A stretch of DNA of 64,000 nucleotides, from contig CP070697.1 of the NCBI GenBank assembly GCA_020353555.1, positions 6,724,371 to 6,788,370 of the forward strand, written 5' to 3'. Below are positions 37,734-47,485 of the stretch, one piece after another. Under the pieces are notes generated by a model. It made no database searches, was not told the origin of the DNA, and saw nothing but the letters and a program-made list of their open reading frames with translations. The translations under genes and the position numbers were made by a program. The stretch is from Desulfobacterales bacterium (GTDB lineage: Bacteria > Desulfobacterota > Desulfobacteria > Desulfobacterales > G020353555). Positions within the stretch are counted from its first letter, which is position 1; each line of letters begins with the position of its first letter.

Positions 37734-38486
37734 GTGACATGTTATCTATTACCTATCGAAAACCCTGAAGCTCGCTATACACTGCACGTCTTGCGATTCA
37801 ACCCGGAAACCGACGAAAAGCCTTATTGGCGTTCCTATCAAGTGCCTTTTGTGAGCACGATGACCGTCATCGAGGCCCTTGAGTACCTTTGGGATCAAGG
37901 CGAGTACATCGCTTTCCGTACGAATTGCCGTGAATTTACCTGTGGTTCATGCGCAATGCTGATCAATGGTAAACCCCAGTTGGCCTGCGATACGATCCTG
38001 CAGGACGACATGCGACTGGAACCCCTTTCGCGATATGGCGTCTTGCGCGATTTGGTCGTCGACACGGAAGCCATCAAAAAAAAGCTCAAAGATGTGAAAT
38101 ATTGGCCGGTAAGCGCCAACCGGGAGAAGAATTTCACGGTGCCCCCCCAGGTGATCGACGCTTACGGTCAGATTTACTCCCGCTGCATCGAATGCGCATG
38201 CTGCCTCGAAGCCTGTCCGGCGTCTTTCAACGAGGCCTCGCGGTTCGACGGTCCGATGTATGCACTGCTTCTCGCCCGGGCCGCCAATCACCCGTTGGAC
38301 GCCATGAACAGAATCCAGCAGGCCTCCGAACGGGGCATCTGGGCTTGCGTCAGCTGTTTTGAATGCGCCGATGTCTGTCCGCTGGATTTGAGCCCGGCAA
38401 AAGAAGTGGCCAAGTTCCGCCGGAAAGCGATCACTCAATCCCTCAAGCGGCCTTTCACTTTCAGGAAGGATAAACGGTATGAATGA
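37734..38486 (+). CDS. SDH/FRD iron-sulfur subunit (SdhB/FrdB-like)
   Basis: 2Fe-2S motif CREFTCGSCAM..C, and clusters CIECACCLEACP and CVSCFECADVCP. Confidence 0.85.
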   Translation: MTCYLLPIENPEARYTLHVLRFNPETDEKPYWRSYQVPFVSTMTVIEALEYLWDQGEYIAFRTNCREFTCGSCAMLINGKPQLACDTILQDDMRLEPLSRYGVLRDLVVDTEAIKKKLKDVKYWPVSANREKNFTVPPQVIDAYGQIYSRCIECACCLEACPASFNEASRFDGPMYALLLARAANHPLDAMNRIQQASERGIWACVSCFECADVCPLDLSPAKEVAKFRRKAITQSLKRPFTFRKDKRYE

Positions 38487-38877
38487 AGCCCCCCAATACC
38501 CGAAGCGGCCGGGCGTGATAAACCGCTTTTTTCGGCGGACCCTGTGGGGTGAAAAAATGAACCTCGGAGCGTACATGTGGGGACTGCAACGCGTCACGGG
38601 CCTGATCTTATTGGTCTACTTGCTCCTGCACCTGTACATTTTGTCATCGATTTTTGGGGGTGCGCGCACTTTTGACCAGACCGTGGCGGCCGTGGATCAC
38701 CCCCTGATCAAGCTTTTGGAACTCGGCTTATTGGGGACGGTGGTTTTTCATGCACTCAACGGACTCAGGCTCATTTTGATGACTCTTTTTGTTGAACTGG
38801 ATCAGAAGATCTTAGCCTACGGGCTGGGGTGTGCCACCCTTATTTTTGTCGTCGTCAGCATACCATTTGTCTGGTGA
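38479..38877 (+). CDS. SDH/FRD membrane anchor subunit (SdhC-like, 3 TM)
   Basis: 132-aa hydrophobic protein overlapping the SdhB-like stop. It contains His residues in TM segments. Confidence 0.55.
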   Translation: MNEAPQYPKRPGVINRFFRRTLWGEKMNLGAYMWGLQRVTGLILLVYLLLHLYILSSIFGGARTFDQTVAAVDHPLIKLLELGLLGTVVFHALNGLRLILMTLFVELDQKILAYGLGCATLIFVVVSIPFVW

Positions 38878-38891
38878 GAAAAGGAAGCACG

Positions 38892-39299
38892 ATGGAAAAC
38901 GTTAAAGAAAACGGAGCCATGATCAGTTCTTCCCGCAACGCCCAACCCGGCGAAAGAATAGGACTGGTGGGTTGGTTGAGTCTTTACGTGAGCGGCGCTT
39001 TGACTTTTTTCTTTATCCTCACCCATATCCTAGCCATCCATTTTGTTTCCGGCGAGGTCACCACGGCCGCGAAAGTCTACCGGGATCTGAATTCCCCCTT
39101 TCTGTCTTTTATCAGCCTCGGCCTCCTGTTCCTGGGCATCTTTCACGGGCTGATTGGGTTAAGAAGAGTCCTGCTTGATTTAGAAATCTTCGGCAAAAGA
39201 GGTGATCGCTCACTGGTGGCGGCCCTCGTGGTCATCGGGTTGGGCCTTGCGCTCTTTGGAATTAAAATTTTTAGTCAATTCAAAGCGTTAATTCAATAG
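38892..39299 (+). CDS. SDH/FRD membrane anchor subunit (SdhD-like, 3 TM)
   Basis: Hydrophobic ORF. I prefer the ATG at 38892 with an AAGGAAG RBS to the ORF-track start at 38829. Confidence 0.5.
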   Translation: MENVKENGAMISSSRNAQPGERIGLVGWLSLYVSGALTFFFILTHILAIHFVSGEVTTAAKVYRDLNSPFLSFISLGLLFLGIFHGLIGLRRVLLDLEIFGKRGDRSLVAALVVIGLGLALFGIKIFSQFKALIQ

Positions 39300-39377
39300 G
39301 AGGCTCCTCCGCCCTCCGGCCGAAGGTGTTGTCGCGCCTGACGCCGTCCAATTTTCCGCCAAGAAAGGATACAGGCC

Positions 39378-40535
39378 ATGCACGTTAAAATTCCCGCCGT
39401 GTATATGCGAGGAGGTACCAGCAAGGGTCTTTTTTTTCACGACGAGCATTTGCCCCGGGACCCCAAGATCAGGGATCGGGTGCTCCTGGCCGCTTACGGC
39501 AGTCCCGACCCCAATAAACGGCAGATCGACGGTGTCGGCGGCGCCGTTTCCACCACGAACAAAGTCTGTATTATCAGTCCCTCTGCAGACCCGGAGTATG
39601 ATGTTAACTACAACTTCGGGCAGGTGAGCATCGACAGACCGATTGTCGATTATCAGGGGAACTGCGGAAATATGTCTTCCGGCGTTGGGCCATATGCCAT
39701 TCATGAGGGACTCGTGGCCGCGGAGGAACCGGTATGTCAAGTCAGGATATATCAAGTTAATACCAGGAAAAAAATCGTCGCCGAAGTTCCCATCAAGGAG
39801 GGGCTCTACTCCGAGGAAGGGGACTTTGCCATCGACGGTGTCCCGGGAACCGGCGGCAAAATCACCCTTCACTTCTTTCATCCGGAAGCCTCGGTCACCG
39901 CCGCCTTGTTGCCGACCGGCAACGTGACCGATCAGATTGACTCTCCGCAGTTGGGCCGCGTGACCGTCTCCATCGTCGATGCCGGGAACCCCTTGGTGTT
40001 CGTCCGAGCGCGGGATCTGGGTCTGAAAGGTACCGAAATCCACGAGATTGACTCCCGTGCCGACATACGCGAAAAATTGGAGAGCATTCGCGCCCAAGCC
40101 GCCGTCATGATCGGTCTCGCCGCCTCACCCGAGCAAGCCAGCCAGAAGAGCCAGGCCGTCCCCAAAATCGCCTTTGTCAGCGAGGCGCAAGACTATCAAA
40201 CGGTCGGCGGCCGTTCAATTCAAAAGCAGGCAATCGATCTCGTGGGTCGTATCATGTCCATGGGCACGCTTCACAAGGCCTATGCCGTAACCGGAGCGAT
40301 CTGCACGGCCGGTGCAGCCAGGATCGAAGGGACGGTCGTCAATGAGATGATGGGAGACAGCGCGACAGCGGAATGGATTCAGCTGGGGCATCCGGGGGGT
40401 ATCATTCCGATTGGCGTCCATATGCGGAAAAAAGAAAATACCTATGTGTATGAAGAAGCCGTCCTTTACCGAACCGCTCGGAGATTGATGGAAGGCTACG
40501 TTTGCGTTCCCGAAAAATACTTTTCAGCGGGGTAA
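39378..40535 (+). CDS. prpF: PrpF-family protein (2-methylaconitate/aconitate cis-trans isomerase fold)
   Basis: N-terminal IPAVYMRGGTSKGLFF and an overall length of 385 aa, typical of PrpF. Confidence 0.85.
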   Translation: MHVKIPAVYMRGGTSKGLFFHDEHLPRDPKIRDRVLLAAYGSPDPNKRQIDGVGGAVSTTNKVCIISPSADPEYDVNYNFGQVSIDRPIVDYQGNCGNMSSGVGPYAIHEGLVAAEEPVCQVRIYQVNTRKKIVAEVPIKEGLYSEEGDFAIDGVPGTGGKITLHFFHPEASVTAALLPTGNVTDQIDSPQLGRVTVSIVDAGNPLVFVRARDLGLKGTEIHEIDSRADIREKLESIRAQAAVMIGLAASPEQASQKSQAVPKIAFVSEAQDYQTVGGRSIQKQAIDLVGRIMSMGTLHKAYAVTGAICTAGAARIEGTVVNEMMGDSATAEWIQLGHPGGIIPIGVHMRKKENTYVYEEAVLYRTARRLMEGYVCVPEKYFSAG

Positions 40536-40542
40536 AACCGTT

Positions 40543-41412
40543 ATGCAATATGCCCAGCAGCTTCGAAATATCCTCTCCCAAAACAAAACCCTTCTCGTAC
40601 CGGGCGCCTACGACGCGTTCAGCGCCAAGATTCTGAAACAGGCCGGATTCGAAGTTATTTATATGACCGGTTCAGGCGTAACGGCCTGTCTCACCGGTAT
40701 GCCGGATGTGGGTCTGTTGACCATGACGGAAATGGTTACGCATGCCCGTTACATCGTCAACGCGATTGACATGCCTCTGATCTGCGACGCGGACAACGGA
40801 TACGGCAACCCTATCAACGTTATCCGCACGGTGAAAGAGTACGAACGGGTTGGAGTCGCAGGGATCCACATCGAAGATCAGGTCGCCCCCAAAAAGTGCG
40901 GCCATTTCGAGGGCAAGCAGGTTCTACCCCCCCCGGAGATGCTAAGCAAGATCAAGGCCGCCCTCTATGCGCGCGAGGACGAGGCTTTTCTCGTGATCGC
41001 CCGCACCGACGCGCGATCGGTCCTCGGTTTGGACGAGGCCCTTCGCCGGGCGCATATGTACTTCGAAGCGGGGGCGGACATGATCTTTATTGAATCGCCG
41101 CAATCACGTGAAGAACTGAAGCTTATCGGTAATGAACTCAAGAACGTGCCGCTGCTGGTGAACATGGTCGAAGGCGGCAAGACCCCGGTTTTGCCCTTCG
41201 ATGATCTCACCGCAATGGGTTTCAAGATTGTTCTTTACCCCACTTGCGGTATCCGTGCGGTCGCCAAAACTCTCCAGGAACTGGCTTCTCATCTGCACAA
41301 ACATGCAAACACCCTTGACTTCGAGGATCGGCTGGTAAGCTTTGAGGGCCGCAATCTAATCACCGGTCTGGCGCACATTACGGAATTGGAAAAACGCTTT
41401 GTCAAGTTCTAA
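40543..41412 (+). CDS. Isocitrate lyase/PEP mutase-family lyase (2-methylisocitrate lyase PrpB-like)
   Basis: 289 aa with PGAYDAFSAK, D.DNGYGN, IEDQ..PKKCGH and ARTDA motifs. Confidence 0.85.
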   Translation: MQYAQQLRNILSQNKTLLVPGAYDAFSAKILKQAGFEVIYMTGSGVTACLTGMPDVGLLTMTEMVTHARYIVNAIDMPLICDADNGYGNPINVIRTVKEYERVGVAGIHIEDQVAPKKCGHFEGKQVLPPPEMLSKIKAALYAREDEAFLVIARTDARSVLGLDEALRRAHMYFEAGADMIFIESPQSREELKLIGNELKNVPLLVNMVEGGKTPVLPFDDLTAMGFKIVLYPTCGIRAVAKTLQELASHLHKHANTLDFEDRLVSFEGRNLITGLAHITELEKRFVKF

Positions 41413-41456
41413 GCGGAAGCCGGCGCCACAAGAACATTTGGCGGACCAATACGCCC

Positions 41457-42851
41457 ATGACGACGTTAGCGGAACAGATTGTATCCGAAGCCTGTAAGGT
41501 TCCTTTTGCCCAGATACCTCAGGCTACGGTTGCGCGGGCCAAGCTTTTTCTTTTGGACACCGTCGGGGTGGCCCTTGCCGGGCGGTATGCGACCGGCGCG
41601 GAAAGTGTCATCGACCTGGCGGTTGAGATGGGCGGCAGGGCTGAGGCGACGATCCTGGGTACGGCCCACAAGGTTTCGGTTCCGTTCGCGGCCTTGGCCA
41701 ATTCCTTTATGGCGCATGCACGTGAGTTCGATGAATTGCACGAGCGTGGCGGCGCGCACGTGAATGTCTGCGTGATTCCCGCCGCGCTGGCTGCGGCGGA
41801 AAAAAAGGGCCGCGTTTCGGGCAGGATTTTTTTGGCGGCGATGATCAAAGGCGTCGACTTGGTCTGCCGTCTGGGAATCGCCATCTCTTTGCATCCTGGA
41901 TGGCACACTTCCAGTGTCTTCGGGGGTTTCGGGGCCGCATTGGCTTCGGGGCTGATCTTAGGAATGGAACCGGACGTTCTGGTCAACGCCTTGGGGTTGG
42001 CGTACAGTCAGGCGGCGGGGACGCGGCAGGGGCGCTTGGAAGGAAAACTGGCCAAGCGGCTGCAGCCTGCGTTGGCCTGTAAGTCCGGCGTTATGGCTTC
42101 GCTTCTCGCCCACAAAGGCATTACCGGTCCTAAGGAGTGGCTTGAGGGCTTGTGGGGAATCGCACGGGTCTACGGTTGTTCCCCTGAAGCGATTGACGTT
42201 GATGCCATCGCTGCAATAAAATCGCATCTTAGCCAAGTATTCTTGGGCGATGACCTGAGTTTCAAACTTTATCCATGCTGCAAGGTTACCCATACATCGA
42301 TCGAGGCGGCTCTCCTCCTAACGCGCGAGAACGCGTTGAATGCCGATGAGATCGAGGCGGTGAAGGTCAGAGTGTCGCGCGGCGCCTACAGCACCGTCGG
42401 CCATCCTTTTGAACCCGGGACCAATCCGCAGGTTGACGCTCAATTCAGTATTCCCTACACGGTTGCCCTGGCTCTGACACGCGGTCGCGTGACGTTGGAT
42501 GGTTTTGAAGACGCGGCCATCCGTGACCCTCAAATCAGACGCCTGGCCGCCAAAATTCAGGTCGAAGTCGACCCCGAGATGAAGGATGCGTCGGCGAATA
42601 TGGTTAATCTGGCAACCGCACTGACCATTTACACGCAACGTGGTATTTTTTTCAAGAAATTGGCCACCTGCAAAGGGCATCCCGCCAACCCGGCCCGGGA
42701 AGAAGAGCTTTGCCAGAAATTCCGGGATTGTGCCCATTTCGGCCAAACGCTGTCACAGGCACAGATCGAGCAAACCCTGCAGCTGATATGCAATTTAGAG
42801 GACGTCGAGGATATTCAGGAACTTTTGGTGCACCTTCGAACCCCCGCGTAA
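41457..42851 (+). CDS. MmgE/PrpD-family protein, paralogue 4
   Basis: 464 aa with the same family signature (LLDTVGVALAG..HAREFDELH). Confidence 0.85.
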   Translation: MTTLAEQIVSEACKVPFAQIPQATVARAKLFLLDTVGVALAGRYATGAESVIDLAVEMGGRAEATILGTAHKVSVPFAALANSFMAHAREFDELHERGGAHVNVCVIPAALAAAEKKGRVSGRIFLAAMIKGVDLVCRLGIAISLHPGWHTSSVFGGFGAALASGLILGMEPDVLVNALGLAYSQAAGTRQGRLEGKLAKRLQPALACKSGVMASLLAHKGITGPKEWLEGLWGIARVYGCSPEAIDVDAIAAIKSHLSQVFLGDDLSFKLYPCCKVTHTSIEAALLLTRENALNADEIEAVKVRVSRGAYSTVGHPFEPGTNPQVDAQFSIPYTVALALTRGRVTLDGFEDAAIRDPQIRRLAAKIQVEVDPEMKDASANMVNLATALTIYTQRGIFFKKLATCKGHPANPAREEELCQKFRDCAHFGQTLSQAQIEQTLQLICNLEDVEDIQELLVHLRTPA

Positions 42852-42965
42852 AGTCGAATAGCGACGAAGAAGGGGGCCTTTTTGCGGCGGCCGTTTCCGG
42901 TTGCCGCGACGCCAAGGCTTAACCCCTCCAGCCCATGAGCGCACCCACCCAGCTGCCGGCCGGAA

Positions 42966-44909
42966 TCATGTGATTCCCGCATTCTTTAATCTTCGCCAAA
43001 GCGTTGTTCGGCTGATTCCCAAAATTTTAGCCGTTTCGCTTTTGCAGAATCGGGCCTGCTTCAAAGCCACCAAAAGCAGTCGCGTTTCATTGTCTTTTTC
43101 CTCCTGCTGAATCTCTTCCTTGAGCCTGAGCAGGTCCGTCTTATCGCCGGTATTTTTTTTACTCGGAGCTTCCGCTATCAGGTCCGCGCTCAACAACTCG
43201 AAAGTTCCCGGGTTAAACTTCGAACCACAGAGAAGAACCAGCTGTTCAATAAAGCTCTTGAGTTGTCTGACATTTCCCGGCCACGCATACTCCATCAGTT
43301 TGGCAGCATAATTTGGCGGAATGCAAAGCGGTTGGATCTGATATTTCTCGGAAACCTGCTTGACGAAAGAATCCACTAAAAGGGGGATATCGCTGATTCT
43401 ATCGCGCAAAGGGGGGATATGGATGCGAAGTACATTCAGACGGAAGAAAAGATCCTTGCGGAAGCGGCCACTCAGGACTTCTTCCGTCAAATCCTGGTTG
43501 GCGGCGGCAAGCACCCGCACATCGACCGGTATTAAGCGGTCGGCGCCAATCCTCCTGACTTCGCCCTCCTCGAGGACCCTGAGCAAACTGGTTTGAACGT
43601 TGTGAGAAGTGGTGGCGACTTCATCCAGAAAAATGGTCCCTTTATGGGCGATTTCAAAAAGACCCTGCTTGCCTTCTTTGTTGGCCCCGGTAAACGCACC
43701 TTGGTCATAGCCGAAAAGTTCACTCTCGATCAGTTGATCGGGCAGCGAGGCACAGTTGATACTGACAAATGGGGCTTTCTGCCTCGGGCTCAGGTTATGG
43801 ATGCTCTGCGCCAGGATTTCTTTACCGGTCCCGGTTTCGCCGGTTATGATGATCGTGCAATCCGAACGCGCAAATTGTTTCGCTTTTTCCGCCACGTCTT
43901 TCATGATTGGACTTGCGTGAATAAGGTTCCCAATCACGTACTTGGCCACCAAACCTTTGGTCAGGGATCGTCGCAGGGCCTTTTCCGCTTTCATCACGTT
44001 CGCCAGATCCTTAAACGTCGAGACGACACCGATCGCCTCGGTTCCCATGAGGATTGGTAAATGGCTGAAGACATACTTGCTGTTGTTGATCATTTCAATT
44101 CGGTTCAGAATCGGTCGCCGGGCCTCCATGACCTTGGCGATTTTGTGCGCGGGGATATATTTGGAAACAAGTTGGCTGGTCTTGTCCTCGTCAAAAAACT
44201 TAACGACGTCCTTGGCGACCTTGTTGATTGTTGTAATCTTACCCTTGCGGTCAAATGCAATAATCCCATCGGACACACTATCGATAATCTGCCGGTACCT
44301 CTGAGCATTCTCCTGATCGTTCCGATTCGACAAGGCCACGGACTTTGCGTTTTCGATGGTACTGCAAATTTCGTCCTCCGAGACTTCAATTTCAACCGCT
44401 TGAAAATTGTGTTGGGCTGCCAGGCGTTTGGTGACACCGCCCCCGACCACCACTTCACAGCCCCGCGCAAAAGCATCGAGCAGCAAATTCTCAAGACTTT
44501 TACTGTCATAGTAGATACCCTGAATCAGCTCGATGCCCAGGAGTTCCTCGATAACTTGCGTGCCGTCCATTTTATTCCGAAACACGGGAAACAATACCTT
44601 GCGCCCCAAGGCCGATGCCCGCCGGACGCTATGGATGATATCCAAGGAGCTGAGCGGGAAAGAAATAACAGGAATGCGCAGGTTCTCCCGCAGCAAGAAA
44701 GCCGTTCCCCGACGACTGACGATCACCTCAACCCCGGCTTTCTCCATGGCTTTTCCCACGGTTGTGGCCGCTTCCAGGCCCTCATTGGAGATCTCGATTT
44801 CAGCGTCTTCAAATCTTTCGGCCTGCAGGTTTTGCAGACACTGCAACGAGAACGTGCTGGACGTGAAAACCCCTAATTTGAATGCCCTTTGCATAAACTT
44901 CATCCCCAT
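42966..44909 (-). CDS. Sigma54-dependent transcriptional activator, PrpR-like (PrpR_N sensor + PAS + AAA+ + Fis-type HTH)
   Basis: The N-terminal domain resembles the propionate-catabolism activator sensor. The central AAA+ domain carries GETGTGKE, GAFTGA and the ESELFGY region. A C-terminal HTH is present. The ORF track extends to 44951, but an internal ATG at 44909 or 44903 is the likely start. Confidence 0.85.
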   Translation of the reverse strand: MGMKFMQRAFKLGVFTSSTFSLQCLQNLQAERFEDAEIEISNEGLEAATTVGKAMEKAGVEVIVSRRGTAFLLRENLRIPVISFPLSSLDIIHSVRRASALGRKVLFPVFRNKMDGTQVIEELLGIELIQGIYYDSKSLENLLLDAFARGCEVVVGGGVTKRLAAQHNFQAVEIEVSEDEICSTIENAKSVALSNRNDQENAQRYRQIIDSVSDGIIAFDRKGKITTINKVAKDVVKFFDEDKTSQLVSKYIPAHKIAKVMEARRPILNRIEMINNSKYVFSHLPILMGTEAIGVVSTFKDLANVMKAEKALRRSLTKGLVAKYVIGNLIHASPIMKDVAEKAKQFARSDCTIIITGETGTGKEILAQSIHNLSPRQKAPFVSINCASLPDQLIESELFGYDQGAFTGANKEGKQGLFEIAHKGTIFLDEVATTSHNVQTSLLRVLEEGEVRRIGADRLIPVDVRVLAAANQDLTEEVLSGRFRKDLFFRLNVLRIHIPPLRDRISDIPLLVDSFVKQVSEKYQIQPLCIPPNYAAKLMEYAWPGNVRQLKSFIEQLVLLCGSKFNPGTFELLSADLIAEAPSKKNTGDKTDLLRLKEEIQQEEKDNETRLLLVALKQARFCKSETAKILGISRTTLWRRLKNAGIT

Positions 44910-45190
44910 TGCACGCCTTCGATGTCCGGGAGTCGTCCATCTGCATTTCACAGATTGAACCTTTTGTCAAATATATTGAACAAGGCCGTTTCAGGGCCAC
45001 TTGACTCCTTGTTTGGAATTCCAGTTGCTTATCCTAAAAAGCGGACAAAGACACCCACAGTCAACAGTGTGTTGCTTTCGTTTAACGCGATGTTGCAAGG
45101 GGTAAGGTGCACCGTTTACGCCGATGACGGCACAGCTCTTGGAATCCTATACATTTCAGTTGGTTGGACTCTTGGCTGTTATCTGGCACT

Positions 45191-45206
45191 TGGCATGATA
45201 TTTGCT
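45191..45206 (+). promoter_or_regulatory. Sigma54 (-24/-12) promoter candidate for the AOR/TRAP operon
   Basis: TGGCAT-GATAT-TTGCT with correct GG/GC spacing, about 385 nt upstream of the AOR start. Confidence 0.65.
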
Positions 45207-45591
45207 GTTTACTATAATGATGAACGCTACTTTTTGACCTTCAAAACGCGATTCATTTCAGATTGTCCCATCGCTAGGAACAGGCCACGCATGTCCCGGA
45301 ATTGTTTTTTTAACTGTGTCGCAGCACCGGTGATGGTTCCCAACATGACCCATTCTCGCGATAGGCAGGCATACCGGACGACATAAATCATCGCGCATAC
45401 ATACCCAGCGTTTTGCATCTTTGGCCCTATACGGCAGTTTTGAAACCAACGATTCAAAGGGTGAATACGCAATCTATTATGACGCTGGGTATGACGTAAT
45501 CCCAAAAACCTAATGAAAACCGCAGGCTTGGTTCAGGGGTATTTGAAAAACGACTAGAAACTCGGTTACAACACGAAGGGAGGAATTTAGG

Positions 45592-47448
45592 ATGACTGCT
45601 GGATATGCAGGCAAAATTCTATACGTCGATCTAACCGAAAATAAAATCGGTGAAGATTCATTGCCGGACGAGGAGGTGCTGAGGTCGTGGCTGGGTTGCT
45701 TTGGGCTGGGCTTAAAAATGCTTTACGACATGCTGCCCCCGGGGGTCAGCGCCCAAGATCCGGAAAATCCGATGATCTTCTGGACGGGACCATTGACGGG
45801 CGCAAAGGTGCCGGGGGCTACCAATTTGTCCCTGGCCACTAAAAACTTCAATAATAACTTGACTGCCGGACGCTCCCATACGCACGGCGAGCTCGGCCGC
45901 AACCTCAAAAAGGCCGGCTTTGATGGATTGGTAATCACGGGCTGCTCGGAAAAACCGGTGTACCTCTTTATCCATGATGACGGGGTTGAAATAAGGGATG
46001 CGGCCCAACTATGGGGAAAGGATACGCATCAGACGGAAGACATTCTGCAAGATTTACTGGGGAAGGAGGTGAGTGTCGGTGCGATTGGTCCGGTCGGCGA
46101 GAACATGGGTTCAGGCGGAGCGATCTTCAACGATCGCAACCATAATATGTGTCACTCGGGCGTAGGCTCCGTCATGGGCTCCAAGAAGCTCAAGGCAATT
46201 GTCACCCAAGGCAGCAAGAGCTTCCCGATCGCAAACCCGGAAAAGATGGTTGAGATTCACAAGCGCTGGGTGCAGCTGGTAAAACAGGGACACCGCTACG
46301 GCCGCTCCAGCAAAGGGAAATTATTTACAAACGAATTCAGGTACCTGGCGAAACTGATCGGATTTGTTGGCAAGAACTTTCAAATTAATCAGTTCAATGA
46401 GTTCGGTATAGGACTCTCAAGACATAAAATAACTCCCAAGCCTTGCCGCGGTTGTCCTCATGCTTGTCCCGTCGATGTCGAGCTCGTTTCGGGTCCCCAT
46501 AAGGGATTCGTTGCCTCAATTGCCGGTGGAGGAGAGGGGCCCGAAGGGGCCGGGTCCATCTTGGGAATTGCCGACCCCGACCACTTCGTCTACATCTTGG
46601 ATCGGTACGATCGACTCGGTGTGGAGTCAAGTGCCATTGGATGCACAATCGCGATGGCCATTGAAGCTTACGAAAAAGGGCTGATTACGAAAAAAGACAC
46701 CGATGGCCTGGAGCTGCGGTGGGGAGACGCCGAACTGGTGGAAGAATTGGCCCGGAAGTATGCCTACAAAGAAGGCTTTGGCGCTGTTCTCGCTTTAGGG
46801 CCTCTTGAAGCCGCGCGTGCCATCGGAGGCAATGCCACCGATTTTGCCGTGCACATTAAGGGTGCGCCAATGAACCTGCATGACTGGCGCTCCACGTGGG
46901 GAATGTTTCTGAGCCACATTGTCAGCGGCGGTTCCGGGTGGCCCGGGACCGCCGCCGACAGCATTGGCGAGGAGCCGGATGCCGGCTATCCGCAGTTTAC
47001 GGAGCCCTTTGATTATAGTGCCAAACCGTTGGAAGCGCGCAAGGCCGGCATCTTGAAGTATATGCGGGACGCCAACGGGACCTGCGGATTTATGACCTGG
47101 AATATCGGCGGCTCCACCGAGATTGTGCGCGAGGCGATCAACGCCGTCACGGGTTGGGATATGACGACGGAGGAGCTCGTCGATGTCGGCGAACGCATGA
47201 TGCAGCTCGAGCGGGCCTTCAATATCAGGCAAGGCCTGACCCCCGAAGATGACTCCAACCTATCCCCTCGCCTCTTGGAGGCACCTAAGGATGGCGTGGC
47301 CGCGGGCAAATCGATTAAACCTTATCTGCAGGGCATGCTGGACGAATACTATCGCCTGATGGGGTGGGATAAAAAGACAGGGAAGCCTTGGCGATCGACG
47401 CTCAAACGCTTCGGACTGGATTATGTGGCCGATGACATCTGGCGTTAG
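45592..47448 (+). CDS. aor: Aldehyde:ferredoxin oxidoreductase family (tungstopterin) enzyme
   Basis: 618 aa. The N-terminal GKILYVDLT.. segment and the overall AOR_N/AOR_C pattern are present. GGGAGG RBS. Confidence 0.9.
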   Translation: MTAGYAGKILYVDLTENKIGEDSLPDEEVLRSWLGCFGLGLKMLYDMLPPGVSAQDPENPMIFWTGPLTGAKVPGATNLSLATKNFNNNLTAGRSHTHGELGRNLKKAGFDGLVITGCSEKPVYLFIHDDGVEIRDAAQLWGKDTHQTEDILQDLLGKEVSVGAIGPVGENMGSGGAIFNDRNHNMCHSGVGSVMGSKKLKAIVTQGSKSFPIANPEKMVEIHKRWVQLVKQGHRYGRSSKGKLFTNEFRYLAKLIGFVGKNFQINQFNEFGIGLSRHKITPKPCRGCPHACPVDVELVSGPHKGFVASIAGGGEGPEGAGSILGIADPDHFVYILDRYDRLGVESSAIGCTIAMAIEAYEKGLITKKDTDGLELRWGDAELVEELARKYAYKEGFGAVLALGPLEAARAIGGNATDFAVHIKGAPMNLHDWRSTWGMFLSHIVSGGSGWPGTAADSIGEEPDAGYPQFTEPFDYSAKPLEARKAGILKYMRDANGTCGFMTWNIGGSTEIVREAINAVTGWDMTTEELVDVGERMMQLERAFNIRQGLTPEDDSNLSPRLLEAPKDGVAAGKSIKPYLQGMLDEYYRLMGWDKKTGKPWRSTLKRFGLDYVADDIWR

Positions 47449-47457
47449 GACGATTGC

Positions 47458-47485
47458 GACGATCCCTTCCGATCGTCACGGTTTT
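47458..47485 (+). terminator. Weak hairpin plus T4 after the AOR gene
   Basis: GACGATC-CCTTCC-GATCGTC, followed 4 nt later by TTTT. Confidence 0.3.

Noticed and set aside
44061-44876. 271-aa plus-strand ORF, and other plus ORFs between 43120 and 44958
   Set aside because: They are antisense to the PrpR-like activator, whose AAA+ motifs unambiguously fix the coding strand.
21925-44951. Calling the cluster a standard propionate (prpBCDE) 2-methylcitrate-cycle operon
   Set aside because: No methylcitrate synthase, propionyl-CoA synthetase or AcnD is present in the window. The LeuCD-like, maleate-isomerase-like, HpcH and SDH-like genes do not belong to that pathway.
45207-45591. Moco/tungsten-cofactor riboswitch in the AOR leader
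   Set aside because: I could not recognise the conserved core of that motif by eye. It is kept only as something to test with a covariance model, not reported as a feature.
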